A stretch of 64,000 nucleotides of DNA from positions 55,242,001 through 55,306,000 of the forward strand of contig OX597819.1 of the NCBI GenBank assembly GCA_951406725.2. The letters are read 5' to 3'. Positions 11,416-25,155 of the stretch are shown here, piece by piece. The translations under genes were made by a program, and so were the position numbers. Within the stretch, counting starts at the first letter, position 1, and every line of letters begins with the position of its first letter. This DNA is from Octopus vulgaris. Its lineage: Eukaryota. The notes beneath the pieces are model-generated. The model did not search any database. It was given only the letters and a program-made list of their open reading frames with translations, and was not told where the DNA came from.

Positions 11416-12089
11416 CATTGATTAAAAAATAAAATCTTCTGAAGTGGGTGGCCTGAAATTACTCTAATACAGCACAAAACTTTTGGGACACCAAAGTAAA
11501 ATGTAACATACACACACACACACAGAGTTTTGTTATGGAATGGAAAATCTAGAAATATATTTGAAGTTCTTGGCAGTATGGCATGAGTATTTGACTGACT
11601 GCAGTTGCAAACTAAGCAAAGACATATTGGTTTATTCTACAAAGAAACCACCCTAGGAATGACATCAGAACAAACAATTATAAAATGTGTGTGCATGTGT
11701 AAGAAAAATTAAAGCTACTCTTTCCAAACATTACAATGAACTTCAGCAAACATCTGAAACTATTTGTTGCAAGGTGGAGAGAAGTAATACAAGAACCAGA
11801 CTAGCAGTCTAATGATGTGAAACACATGGAACAACAACCACCACAAAAGAACACAGTTGGTAGAAAGGTAAGATAAGACAGCACTCTGCAAGTTGGTACA
11901 TTTGTTAAACAAACACAAGACAACCGCTAGACCTACTATGAAGGTCATATGATAAAGTATACACACACACAATCCAAATCATTTACAGCTAGATACACAC
12001 AAAAGAAAATATCACAGAAAAGAAAATACGAGAACAAAAATCAAAAATATCATTTAAAAAACCCTGTCAGACCACCAAGTAAAGACCAT

Positions 12090-12310
12090 ATGTTGTTGTT
12101 TAGCCCTAGGTGAAGTCTGATCCAGCAGGTCTATGAACAATGATATTCTAATCGTGACCCTCCAGCCTTTTTAGGGTATCTGAGACTGCATTATCTAATG
12201 TGCTTTCCTCTGCATTTTTCTTTCTTTTTTTTTAGATAATGGGGTATGATTTGAGGGAGATTTGTGTGCTGTCTCAAGCAGGTTGGACAACTGTGTAGAG
12301 GTCCTTTTAC
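12090..12310 (-). mobile_element. Interspersed repeat family E (SINE-like, (AAC)n tail)
   Basis: ttgttgtttagccc.aggt...tgatttgagggagattt..ctgct.t.tc.agcagg recurs at about 24395-24600, 39190-39390, 42100-42300 and 52370-52490, and in the opposite orientation at 46370-46520. Confidence 0.7.
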
Positions 12311-13627
12311 TGGCTTGTGCAAATTAAGTAAAATCTCATGATAATGTTGGCTAGCCCCAGGTCAACCCCAAATGAATAAACCCTTAATGAAAAGTTTAGT
12401 TGTTTATATGGACCCAAGTACTTCACTTGGTACTTTATTTTATCAATTTCAAAAGGTTGAAGGGCAAAGCTGACCATGGTAGGATCTGAACTCAGAACAT
12501 AAAGAACTGGAAAAACTACATCATAGCATTTCCTCCGATGCTCCACTGATTTATGTTAGTTCTGATTCTTTATGTTTTTAAGTTCATATACTGTCAATGT
12601 CAACTTTGCCCTTCATCTTTTTGGAATCAATAAAATAAATAAATGATGATTTCAAATTTTGAGCACTGGGGTCAATGTAATTGATTAACCCCACTCCCTG
12701 CTAAAACTGTGTCAAAGTTAGGAAGAATTATTACTGAGATGGTGAGCTGGACAAAATGGTTAGCAGTGTTTCTTCTGGCATTTCTCCTTCTCTCATTATC
12801 CCAGCCTCAGCTATTTACTCAAACCTCACATTCAGCATTTTTTTACACACATTCCTCCTAGCAGATCTGCAGCACTTTGTAATTCCCAATTTGCACATAT
12901 TAATTTTTTTAAAGCTTGGACAGAAAAGGAAGGACAGTGTGCACGGATCTGATCAGGGCCTCTCTGACTTGTGGCAAAGAAGGAAGCTAAACTGAAACAG
13001 ATGACCTAGAGTGAACTCTGCTAAAGGTAACACCAAAAGGGCCAAGTGCTTGTGTTAAACAGGGTGATGAATCAAGTTTTTTTCCTACAAACATCAACCA
13101 ACAGAAGTTCAAGCTGAACTCCAACAATACAAATCCCACCTGCCTCTGAGGGCCGAGCACTGCGTCTCCTCCACTAAATGAATCATAATAAAAATAAACA
13201 AATTAAAAACAGAAAATTGTGTATAATGGTAATTTGTGTCTATATTAAAAGTGAAGAGTACTTACTTACACAATTAATTAACTTCTTAAGTATACAGTGA
13301 ATTGATGACTGCTTGTATGTATAATGAGATAATTGCTAATGTACATAGAGAGATTAAATTGTCTATGTACGTATATCAAGTTGATTGCTAACAAACATTA
13401 CAAATTGAGGAGGAGAAACTATAACGGACAGCATATCACATCCACATCATTTATAAATTTCATCATCCATGTAGGTAAATATTAATCCATTTAAAGTGCT
13501 AAAAGAATCATTAACTGATGCAATCTCTAACTTTTATAATATCCATCTCCAGTTCTTTGTGATGAAGAACTGAACATTGATTTACTTTATAAAAGTCAGA
13601 GACTATTGGCAAATAATTATCAAACTA

Positions 13628-13920
13628 AGCGCAGGCATGGGAGTGCGGTTAATAAGTTTATATCCCAAGCATGTGGTTTTGGGTTCAGTCCAACCGTGTG
13701 GTACCCCAGGTAAATGTCTGCTACTACTATAGCTGCAAGCTGATCAAAGCCTTGACAACAGATGTTGGTGAGTTTACATCCTTGTAACTTAGCGTTTCAG
13801 TAAAAAAGACAGATAGAATAAGTACTAAGCTTAAAAATAATAAGTCCTGGGGTCGATTTGTTTGACTAAAGGTGGTGCTCCAGCATGGCCGCAGTCAAAT
13901 GATGAAACAAGTAAAAGTAA
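13628..13920 (+). mobile_element. SINE family A with internal deletion removing the microsatellite
   Basis: Head runs to caaagccttg, then joins directly to acaacagatgttggtg of the 3' half. The cttg word is shared by both breakpoints. Confidence 0.8.
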
Positions 13921-14019
13921 GCAAGTATCAAATCAGTGAGCCAAAATTAAAGTCTAAGATAATATACTTAAAGATGATTATTGGTTGTATGCATCTACCT
14001 AGAAATGGAAAAGACATTT

Positions 14020-14790
14020 CTTCTGTCTTTACATTCTGAGTTCAAATTCTACTAAGGTTGACTTTGCCTTTCATCGTTCTGGGGTCAATGAAATAAGTAC
14101 TAATTGAGCACTGGGAGTCAATTTAACTGACTTACACCTTCCACAACATTTCAGGCTTTGTGCCTTTAGCAGAAAGAATTATCATTATTAAGGTGGCGAG
14201 CTGGCAGAATTGTTAGCACGCTGGGTGAAATGCTTAGCGGTACTTTGCCGTTATGTTCTGAGTTCAAATTCTGCCGAGGTTAACTTCACCTTTCATCTTT
14301 TTGGGGGTCAATAAATTAAGTACCAGTCAAGTACTGGAGTCGATATGATTGACTTACACCCCCACCCCCAAATTTCAGCCCTTGTGCCTATAGTAGAAAG
14401 GATGTTATTATTATTATATTTTGGCTCTTTACTATTTGGGTTCGGCTCAGTTCCTGCTAAGGTCAAAATTTTGCCATTCTTCTATTGAAGGTTGATAAAG
14501 ACAAGTACCAGTCAAGTACTGCAGTCAATGCTGTCAACTTATGCCCTTCCCCTAAAATTTCTGGTCTTTCACCAAAATTTAAAAACACTATTATCTCTTT
14601 ATCGCAGTTTTAGCTGGAGCTCCTGGAGTCTTGCAGGAGTATCGGGTTTACTACCTGCAGCCTACAGTACCATGCTATTCATTCTTTTCAGCTAGGAATC
14701 AACTTTGACTTTTATACTTTAAGGGTCAATGCAATCAACTAGCTGCTCTCCTAACAACAAATTTCAGGCCTTGTGTGTATAGAAGAAGGG
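14020..14790 (+). mobile_element. Cluster of 3-4 same-orientation SINE family B copies and fragments (best copy about 14188-14405)
   Basis: Repeated ttctgagttcaaattc..gactttgcctttcatc..ggggtcaat..aagtaccag..aaatttcaggccttgtg blocks. Confidence 0.8.
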
Positions 14791-14804
14791 GTTATTTTCT
14801 TTTA

Positions 14805-15182
14805 TTTCTTTCACTTGTTTAAGTCATTTGACTGTGGCCATGCTGGAGCACTGTCTTAAGTTGAAGAAATCGACCTCCAGGACTTATTCTTTGTAAGCCT
14901 TAGTACTTATTCTATTGGTCTCTTTTGCCGAACTGCTAAGTTACAGGGACATAAACACACCAACATTGGCCATCAAACAATGATGGGGGGACAAACACAG
15001 ACACACACACATATAAATATACACGATGGGCTTCTTTCAGTTTCCGTCTACCAAATCCACTCAAAAAGCTTTGGTCGGCCTGAGGTTATAGTAGAAGACA
15101 CTTACCCAAGATGCCACACAGTGGGACTGATCCAGGAACCATGTGGTTGGGAAGCATGTTTCTTACTACACAGCCACTCCTA
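14805..15182 (-). mobile_element. SINE family A, full length
   Basis: Complete reverse complement of the family A head, body and tail. Confidence 0.9.
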
Positions 15183-15611
15183 AATATTATTATTATTATT
15201 ATGCTTAGTAGCTAGCATTTCTTCTGGTTCTTTGCATTCTGACTTCAAATTCTTGCCAAGGCCAACTTTGCATTTCACCCTTTCAGAGTTGATAAAATGA
15301 GTACCTGTTGAGTACTGGGGTCAACGTAATCGACTACCCACCTCCTCCTAAAATTTCTGTCTTTGTGCCAAAACTTGAAACCATCATTATTATTATTACT
15401 ATCATCAACAAATGGCTATTTCAGAGGCACCTTCTGCATGCAAAACAATTAGTTAAGTCAGAGTTGGCATATTTAATAGTTTCTGCATAAGATATGCCAA
15501 CAACTAATTTAACTATTATAAGCAGTTTTCCCAGGTTAGGCTATATGCCAAATGAGTCTGCAGCAAAGGGGTGTAGCAAGAAAGGAGTAAAAAGTGCAGT
15601 CTATGGACTGA

Positions 15612-16405
15612 CAAAAGAGCCTCTGCATAGTAGTTTGGCTTGCTAGAAATAGCAGTGAATTTTCTCCCTCAACTCATAGGAGAGGAGGAAGAGAGAGAAG
15701 ATATGAGGATGGAGAAGAGGAGGAAGAGAGAGAAGATGAGGAAGAAGAGAAAGAGAAGGAAGGGGAGAAAGAGGGAGATGAGGAGGAAGAGAAAGAGGAG
15801 GAAGAAGAGTAGAAATAGGCAGATGAGGAGGAGCAAAAAGAGAAGGAAGAAGAGGAGATGGAAGAAAAAGAGGAGGAAGAAGAGGCAGAAGAGGGAGGGG
15901 AGAAGAAAACAGAAATGAGGAAGAGAAAGAGGAAGAAGGAAAAGAGGTGGATGAGAAAAAAGAAGAGGGAGAAGAGGAGGAAGAAAATGGAGAATAGAAG
16001 GAAGAAGAGGAGGAAGAGGAAGGAGAAAGGAGGAAAAAGAGAAGGAAGAGATGAAAGAAGAGGAAGGAGAGGAGGAAGGAGAGGAAGAAGAAGAGGAGGA
16101 AGAGATGAAAGAAGAGGAAGAAGGAGAGGAGGAAGGAGAGGAAGAAGAGGAGGAAGAAGAAGAGGAGGAGCAGGAAGAAGAAGAGGTGGAAGAAGAAGAA
16201 AAAGAAAGAAGAGAGAGAGAATGAGGATGAGGAAGGAGAGAAAGACAAGGAGGAAGAGGAAGGGGCAAGATGAGGAGAGGAGGAGGCCTTGAATACTGTG
16301 ATCCTATATGTATTATGCTATATAAGAGGATTTAGGCATGGCAAGAATGTCTCTGATCACAGGGGTTTTCTCCAGTCAAAGCTGACACTGGGTTAAACAA
16401 CAACA
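15612..16405 (+). mobile_element. Family E repeat split by a long purine tract
   Basis: The 5' part gagcctctgcatag..gctagaaatagcag..tctccctcaactca lies before the tract. The 3' part ..gaatgtctctgatcacagg..gctgacactgggttaaacaacaac lies after it. Confidence 0.65.
15678..16287. repeat. About 610-bp polypurine (GAG/GAA) low-complexity tract
   Basis: Almost only G and A on the + strand. Confidence 0.95.
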
Positions 16406-16959
16406 GCTCTTTCTTCATACACTCCAATCACATTCTCAAGTCATTAAAGCTTTCTCTCTCTCTCTACTCCCATCCTCACCGCCTCTCCATCCTTCAGCCT
16501 TTCTCTCTCTCCTTCACCCCCCCATTATTCTGTCCCCCCCCCCCACCTTCCTATCAAGCAATGAAACAGGTTGTAAAAACAGGCTTGAAGCAGTATCTTA
16601 TAGTCATCAGAGGAAGGTGCTTCATGAGGTCAAGTTAAATGTGAAATGAATAGGAAGATGGAAAAGAAAGAAAAACATCCATCGGACAACAAGAGTCCAT
16701 GACTCTCTGACTAACTTCTGGAAAGGAGATCAGAGTACAGCTTCAAAAAAAAAAAAATAATAATAATAATAATAATAAACAAATAAATTAAAAGAAATTT
16801 AAAGGAAAGAGCTCTATGCTATTAATAAAATTTGAAGATAAAATATAACCAAAATAAACTAATTACATCACATGGTCTGGAAATTGTTCTTCATTAAAGT
16901 TGATTAATGTTGAGCAAGAGGAAGTTCTTGGAAAGAAGGCTTCGACCACAATCACTCCC

Positions 16960-17325
16960 ATCATCATCATCATCATCATCATCATTTACTATTTTGCTAC
17001 TAAATGCTACCATTATCACAGCCTCCAGCACAACTATCATCATTATGCCCACCACCACCCCATCACCACCCCATCACCATCACCACTACCACCATCATCA
17101 GCACTCTATCATCTTCATTCTCATCTTTTACAACAAGCTGCTGCCACCACCACCACCACCACCATCAGTACTATCATCATCCTTTACCACCACCACCACC
17201 ACCATCATCATCAGTACTATCATCATCCTTTACCACCACCACCACCACCATCAGCACTATCATCATCCTTTACCACCACCACACCACCACCACCACCACC
17301 AACAACAACAGCAGCAGCAGCTATG
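16960..17325. repeat. Compound (CAT/CAC/CAG)n repeat with higher-order unit catcagtactatcatcatcctttac(cac)n, 3-4 copies
   Basis: Unit seen at about 17163, 17209 and 17248, with a degenerate copy at about 17096. Confidence 0.85.
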
Positions 17326-17750
17326 CAATCATAATAGCTTAAGCATTGTTGTTCATCATTTTCTTTTCTCTTTTAGGAATGCACTCATGGCACCCTCATT
17401 TCTACAGGAAGACAGTTGACCCCAAAACCATTTGACAAACTCTTTCAATTTGGGAGGCATTAGCAGTGGTGGTGGTGGTGGTGGCGGTGGCAGCAGTGGT
17501 GCTTGCTGCTGGAAGGGAGTTCATATTAATCTACCCATTCAAAAGCAGAAAATCCAGCTGGCCTAATTTTTTACAGCAAACACAAAAGCAATGAATGTGT
17601 TAGGTTGTCATGAAAAGGGAAAACATCTAACCCCCATTTTAGGCAGATTCCCTTCCTCAATGAAGTATATTCACCTACCTATTGTTAAGCCATTCACAAT
17701 GGATAAATAGCAATTGGATTATCATTGAGATGGTTTATTTTATTCATTCA

Positions 17751-17794
<44 letters not shown>

Positions 17795-17796
<2 letters not shown>

Positions 17797-18630
17797 TTAC
17801 TTGTTTTAGTCATTGGACTACGGTCATACTGGGGCACTGACTTGAAGTGTTTAGTTTATCAGACTGACCTAGTGCCTAGTATCAAAGATGATACTTTATC
17901 CTATAGGCTTCATTTCTTGCCAATCCACTAAGCTGTGAGGACATAAACAAACCAACATCAGTTGTCAAGTGGAGAGCAAGACAAACACAAAGACTCGTAC
18001 ACACACATGCATGCATACACATGCACATATATATATGCACACATACATACACATACACATGGTGGGTTTCTAAACAGTGTCTGTGTCAAATTCATTCATA
18101 TGGCATTGAAGTCACTTGCCCAAGATACCACATATTGGGACTGAACTTGCAACCACCTGGTTCCAATGTGAACCTTTTAAAATATACAGCCATAGGATGT
18201 TGCATAATTATGTGGTAAGAAGTTTGCTTCTCAACTACATGGTTCCAGGTTCAGTCCCACTGCATGACACCTTGGGCAAGTGTCTTCTACTATAGCCTGA
18301 GGTCAACCAAAGCCTTGAGAGTGGATTTAATATATGGAAACTAAAAGAAGCCAATCATATATAAATATATGTTTATATATACACATACACACACACACAC
18401 ATATATATATATACATGCATACATATCTATGAGTGTATATCTTTCTTTCTATTCCCTACCACCACTTGTCAACCAGTGTTGGTATGTTTACATCCCCATA
18501 GCTTAGTGGTTCAGCAAAAGAGACTGATACAATAAGTACCAGGCTTTAAAAAAAATAAGTACTGGGGTTGATTTGCTCAACTACACTGCTTTAAGGGGGT
18601 GTCCTAGAATGGCTGCAGTCTAATGACTGA
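17795..18630. mobile_element. Head-to-head pair of SINE family A copies (17795-18195 minus, 18205-18630 plus)
   Basis: Both align with family A, and their heads are about 10 bp apart. Confidence 0.8.
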
Positions 18631-19440
18631 GACCATGCTGGGGGACCCTATTAAAGATAGAAGATAAGATAATGCCTAAATATATGAATTCTATGCTAAA
18701 CTTCGTTCTAAATATTAAGCTGTTTATCTCTGGTAATTAATCAGCACAACATGAGAAGTTATTTACTCCAAATCTCGGGTATTAAAGAATCTAATAGAAG
18801 TTTGCTTAAGAGCAGAGTTCATGCCTTATGTACTGTATTGCAGCCTTCATTGTAGATACATTATAAATATACAAAGTGAGTTGATCAAGATGCCTGGCAT
18901 CTTATAATTTCAATACACTCTGTTAAACAATCCAGGTATTATAAACAAGAGACACAGTTGAAGCCAAGGAGAGACGCAATGGTCTGCATTGGCAAGTAGT
19001 TAAGTAGAATTAATTTGACGTGAAGAAGGGAGGTCTAATGTTTTTGAGAGTAGGACCCAGAACTTTTTTTGAGAAAAAGGCTCTGTTTTATTATTACTTT
19101 TATTTAATACCATATGTTGCCTAACTACAGTTAAAAGAGGGCCTGAATGGGGTAAATTAAAACATGTTTTTGTTTGAAATGTGGCATATGTACATTCACC
19201 ATCACTACTACTACTACTACTACTACTACCGTCACCACCACTATTAATAATAATTCTTTCTACTATATGTACAAGGCCTGAAATTTTGTGGGAGAGGGCT
19301 AGTTGATTAGTTTGACACCCCCAGGACTCATCTGGTACTTATTCTTTTTAACCCTGAGAAAATGAAGGGCAAAGTTGACCTCAATGAAATTTGAACTCAG
19401 AATGTCAAGACATGAAATGTCACCAAGCTCATCACCTAAA

Positions 19441-19472
<32 letters not shown>

Positions 19473-20014
19473 TAACAAATAATAATTCCTAACATAGGTA
19501 CAAGGCTAGGAACTTTCCTGAAAGGAACAGCTTATAACCTCAATTCCAGTACTTTGACTGGTGTTTTAAGTCAATGCTTTATGATCTGATGTTCTTCTTG
19601 ATGTCATCTCTTTCAGCTACCTCTGAAAGTGTTGTCAAGTTGGAAAGCCTATGTAAAAGTATGATGGTTCATACACATACACACACACATGAAGATGTAC
19701 ACACTATGTCCTTGCTAAGGGGGTGCACTGGACAGCAATGCTCCCTCATTATTCAATAGTAAAACCCTCAGATTTAGAAAATATGGTTTACAAAAACCTT
19801 CCAGCAATACAAATTAGTGCCCACCCAGAACACCCTGAAGCAACCCTAGGCACACCTAAGTCTCTCGACAGGCCTGATACACACACATATTCACAAAGCT
19901 GAATATATATTAACACACACACACACAGACACACATACATTCATGTATAAATACCCACAAACATATGCATCTATCTGCGTATATGTGAGTGTGTATGTGT
20001 ATGTGTGTATATCC

Positions 20015-20236
20015 GATCGTGGCCGTTTGCCAGCCTCGTCTGGCACCTGTGCAGGTGGCATGTAAAAAGCACCCACTACACTCACGGAGTGGTTGGTGTT
20101 AGGAAGGGCATCCAGCTGTAGAAACACTGCCAGATCAGACTAGGCCTGGCGCAGCCTTCTGGCTTCCCAGACCCCAGTTGAACCGTCTAAACCATGCCAG
20201 CATGGAAAACGGACGTTAAACGATGATGATGATGAT
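20015..20236 (+). mobile_element. RTE LINE 3'-end fragment with (GAT)n tail
   Basis: aaaaagcacccactacactc..ggagtggttgg.gttaggaagggcatccagctgtagaaac..catgccagcatggaaaacggacgttaaacgatgatgat. Linked to RTE ORF2 through the copy at 53471-53824. Confidence 0.8.
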
Positions 20237-20339
20237 CTATTAATGAGTTATGTACGTATGAAGTAAGCATAAGTGAAAATACAGTGCTTGTTAAACAAAG
20301 TCCTTTGCACGGAGAGTTTTTTTTGTGTCACTTTCAGTG

Positions 20340-20664
20340 TATGAAATGCAGTAAACTCGTATGATACAGTCTGTTAGAAACTGGTAACTAATAGCCCTAT
20401 AACTCACCAATCGCAATATAAAATCAAATAAATGAAATGAAAATCTATATGTAATCCCTACAAAATTTGGTCTTGTGCCTTAGGAAGAAATCAATATGTG
20501 GAAATATATGAAATCCAGTAAACCCGTATGATACAGTCTGTTAGAAACTGGTAACCAATAGCCCTATAACTCACCAATCGCAATATAAAATCAAATGAAT
20601 GAAATGAAAATCTATATGTAATCCCTACAAAATTTGGTCTTGTGCCTTAGGAAGAAATCAATAT
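20340..20664. repeat. Tandem duplication of 158 bp (period 167 bp, 4 mismatches)
   Basis: 20340-20497 versus 20507-20664, separated by a 9-bp spacer gtggaaata. Confidence 0.95.
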
Positions 20665-21025
20665 TTAAAGATACGGTAGTGAGAACTGTAAAGCATGGAG
20701 TAAATTTCCCAGATCCGATTCCCATTTGAAGCCCGTTCACTTCACTTCACTTAATGCCGCTAATGCCTTTGAGCAATATCGTTCTCCGCCCCTTTATAAA
20801 TTTGTGGCCTGGTGCTCTCAAGCAGGAAAGGAAATCAATACTCAAGTGTAGAGTACAGTCTAGAATGAACCAATATACAAGGAGCTGAGCTGATGTGGCA
20901 AGCCAAGCCAATTAAACAGAATTATGGAAGATGCTTATAAAATATTGAAACATTTATCTCCAATAAATGTATAATACTTCTATCATTGCGACTAATAAAT
21001 AAATGTGTGAAAGGAGAGGGAGAGC

Positions 21026-21142
<117 letters not shown>

Positions 21143-22065
21143 TATCCTGTAAACTTTAACGTGTGCTGAAATCTGGTGCAGTAAAAACAGCAGATGGAAA
21201 GATAATGAGAATTAAGAAGCACAAATGATACTGGTAGAAATTTGAGATTGGTAAATTGGAAATTTTCACGGGCATTTACCATAATCTCCTTTGAATGCAA
21301 CAGCTATTATGCATAACGTCGAATTCCGTTTAACTATAGTAGGCTACTAGACAGCCAGCCCAAGCAATCTCTTATTAAGGCACACAGGGTGGTGGCTACA
21401 GCAAATAGAAAAAGACAGGTAGGCTTAGCAGAGAAATCAATAAATCATCCAGTTGAGAATGTTCTATGTTGTATATGCGGTGATAGCGCAACAATGCAAC
21501 AACTATGAATGTGTTAAGCAGGTAATTTACATTGACCGCAACTTCCTCGGCCTGTTAAAAATCTTAGCCAATAGCTAAGGCTAAGTAAGATATTTATTCT
21601 AAAGGGATGAAAATGATGATGTAGCAGCTGGAGAAAAAATAGATATATTTTAACTCCTTCCTTTCTTCCTTCCTTCTTTCTTCCTTTCTTTGCTCTTTTT
21701 CTTTTAAAGCTACATGGATGCTTTTACCTGTCATTAATAGATAAGACTTTTATTCCTGCATAAGATTTTTTTCCAAAATTGACGCAGATCTGAATTTATA
21801 TAAATTTAACAAATATTAAGAAAAAAATTGCATTTTATCTTTAAAATTTATATTACACAATCCATATCTATCTCAAACAAATTTAATTCTTGAACATCGA
21901 TAATTATAATTAATTCACAAAACACAATGGATTTTCATTTAAAATAATTGCATCTGAATACTCAAAGAAATAAAAATGAATTCAAAATTATTGCTTTCAC
22001 CCATTCTTTTCTTTATTTATATGTTTATGTATTTATTAGTTGTTTACATATTTATTTTTTTGATA

Positions 22066-22117
<52 letters not shown>

Positions 22118-22832
22118 ATATTTGATCAGGAAGGAAGGTTTAATGATGGACCTTTTATATATGTATCAATGGTGAATAGCGAAATGTCAGCAAACAGCAG
22201 AGAAGAGCCTTGATACACAACCAGGCCGCGATAGGGCTGGTGAGCAGAACTTTTCATGGAAATATCACAAGGCAAAAACTAATTTCAGATCAGACAAAAC
22301 GAAAGGCTGTAAACACACAGAACCATATGATACCTCACTATTGAAAGAAAGAGTAAAGGTTATGAACATGTGTATACATACATTTTGTGTGTATATGCTT
22401 GTATTAATAGTGTTTGTGTTTGTGTGTGTGTGTGAGGGGAGAGAGAGAGTGAGAGAGGGAGAGTGAGAAAGAGAGAGAAACAAACAGGCAAAGAGAAAGT
22501 GAGGGGTGAAATCGGGTTCCTATCTTCTCCACATTTTCATTTCCGTTCACCTGCTTATGAACAATGTTTTTTATACAATTTATACAATTCTTATTTTTTC
22601 TCTCATGTTTTTTCTTTTGTTTCATTTTTTTTTGAGGGGATAGGGTGGAGCGGAGAGGAGAATAGAGGCCAACTGCTCTCCTTCCCTGCACTCACTCATC
22701 ATTATATGGAATGAACAAAAGTATATATAAGATATTAGAATTTCAATTATAAAGAATTATACGGTGTCCCGTACAAATTACATACACATATCAACATGCA
22801 TGAATGGTATGTGTGCATATATATATACATGT

Positions 22833-22886
<54 letters not shown>

Positions 22887-22954
22887 CTTACACATAGACA
22901 CACACATATGTGCACACAATATATACACATATACATTTATACACACACACAATA

Positions 22955-22991
<37 letters not shown>

Positions 22992-23037
22992 TCATCACCA
23001 TTTAAGGTCTGTGTTCCATGCTAGCATGGGCGGGACT

Positions 23038-23068
<31 letters not shown>

Positions 23069-23359
23069 ATATACACACACACTATATATGTGTGTATGTT
23101 GTTTGTATACGTACACACACATACCTAAGCAAACATAATGCTGATTAGTCAAATGACAGTAGGAAGACCCCAGAAGAAAAATCAATAGAATGAATTAGGG
23201 GAAATTTCAACTCCCAACATGTACAGACATTGTATTTTAGTGGGTGGCTACATCTGGATTGAATATATTTCTAGCTAATTACAGGAGTGATATCGATTTA
23301 TAGACTCCAAGAAGAAGAATACTTATCAATCAATACACACACACACACACACACATACA

Positions 23360-23536
23360 CAATGGGTTGCTGAAAAGATCCTCGCTTTAAAGCTATTGCA
23401 AATGGCCTGGTTGAAGGCCCAACCTTCCGAGGTATTTTACAGGGTTTAGTAAAACTGAAGGACTGCTGTAATAAGTGTGTGAATCTGTGAGGGGAATATG
23501 TTGAATAAAAGCCAGAAACTTTTCAGCATCCCTTTG
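23360..23536 (+). mobile_element. Mariner-derived MITE retaining the transposase C-terminal codons
   Basis: TIRs gggttgctgaaaagatcctcgcttt and aaagccagaaacttttcagcatccc, with TA on the right. Internal reading QGLVKLKDCCNKCVNL*GEYVE* resembles the mariner C-terminus (GI.KL..RW.KC....G.YVE). Confidence 0.75.
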
Positions 23537-23669
23537 TATTAAAGACAATTTCAAACCCTTTGCTATAAACACACCTGCAGGTCCTTCTGTTCCTCTCCAT
23601 TTAAGATGGTTGTAGTTAAGTTTATACCTTCCATTATAATTTCTGGTCAGAATCTTTTTAATTTAGTAA

Positions 23670-24060
23670 GGTACAAGTATGGCTGTGTGGTTGAGAACCT
23701 TGCTTCCAAACCATGTAGTCTTGAGTCAACCTCATTGTGTAACACCTTGGGTAAGTGTCTTCTACTATAGCCCTAGGCTGACCAAAGCTTTGCAAGTGGA
23801 TTTGGTGGGTGGTAACTGGAAGAAGCCCACCATATGTGTGTATGTGTTTGTGTGTACCCTTGTTTTGACATCATGTGACATTTGTAAATGAGCATTGTCA
23901 CACAAGTGATGCTTTTCATTTCCGGTGTGTTGTAGTCACAGAGTAATATTACAGGTGAGGGCTGGTGACAAGGAGGGCATCCAGCTGTAGAAAATATGCC
24001 TCAACCAATACTGACTGACCCATGCAAGCATTGCAAAGTGGGTGTTAAATGACGATGATC
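23670..24060 (+). mobile_element. SINE family G (A head plus RTE-type tail)
   Basis: Family A head, then ggagggcatccagctgtagaaaa..gacccatgcaagcattg..gttaaatgacgatgat. Confidence 0.7.
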
Positions 24061-24319
24061 CAAACGCCAACAAAGTTATTTTACTAAATTCTATCCGGAT
24101 CACTGATTACTTTCAAAATTAATTGCAACACATAGAATGTTTTGTTTAGAATTAGGGCCATGAAAGGGTTAGTTGAAAATCAATAAAGTCAGCTTTAAGT
24201 ATTTCTATTGGTAGTTTATGGCATACCCCACTAAACAATCAACTCTTCCACCTCTATTTCAGTGTCATCACAGCCTACTCAGTGAGAATAGGCAGGAGCC
24301 CATATTCATATAAGTAGAC

Positions 24320-24370
<51 letters not shown>

Positions 24371-24741
24371 AGAAGTGTGTGTTATTTATTGCTTGGCCCC
24401 TCGCCATCACTCCTAATTAAACAGAACTATGATTAAAGGTATTTCAACCATGACCATCATGCTTTATTTTATTTAACTATTTTAATTTATATAAATAACC
24501 AGGACTACATTTTTTTAAGGCATTAAGGATGTGATTTAAGAGAAGTTTGGCAGCTATTTTGCAACAGGTGAAGAAAGCAACCATGTAAAGGCTCCATAAG
24601 TCTGTGAATGAATGAGTGAATGAAATACCTAGGTTAGGAGGAAAAAAAGAGGTTTATTCCAATTAGGGGAGAAAACAAAGGGTGTTAGAATAAACAGGAA
24701 GAACGTAGCCAACTTTGTATATATATCTTCACAATGGCAAA

Positions 24742-24757
24742 GAGAAGAGGAGAACGT

Positions 24758-24800
<43 letters not shown>

Positions 24801-25155
24801 AGAGAGAGAATTAGAGAGAAAATCAAAGAGCCAGAGAGAGAATGAGAGGGAAAGAGAGAGAGGGGGGATAGAGACAGACAGACACAAAGTTAAGGAGAGG
24901 ATGAGAGAGATAAAGAGAGGATGAGAGGAAGAACAGAGACACAGTGAGAGAGACAGACAGGCAGAGAAAGAATGAGAGAGAGGCAGTGAAATAGAGAAGG
25001 AATGAGAGACAAAGAAAGAGAGAATGACAGAGAGACAGATGCAAAAAGAGAAAGAGAGAAAATATGAAAGAAATAGAGGGAGAGAGAGAGAGACAGAGAT
25101 AGAGATAGAGAGAGGAAGAAAAAGGGAAACAGAAAGAGAGAATGAAAAAGGAAAT
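24742..25155. repeat. (GA)n-rich polypurine low-complexity tract
   Basis: Direct inspection. Confidence 0.9.

Noticed and set aside
15640-16292. Long K/R/E-rich and S/F/L-rich ORFs (up to 201 aa), superficially protamine-like
   Set aside because: They arise from the polypurine tract, are open on both strands, and lie inside a repeat element.
16900-17419. His/Pro/Thr/Gln-rich ORFs in three frames, plus a strong acceptor-like site at about 17376
   Set aside because: This is a compound trinucleotide repeat, and all frames stop shortly after the acceptor-like site.
19715-19877. Possible degenerate hAT MITE ending in caggcctg
   Set aside because: No matching left TIR or TSD could be established.
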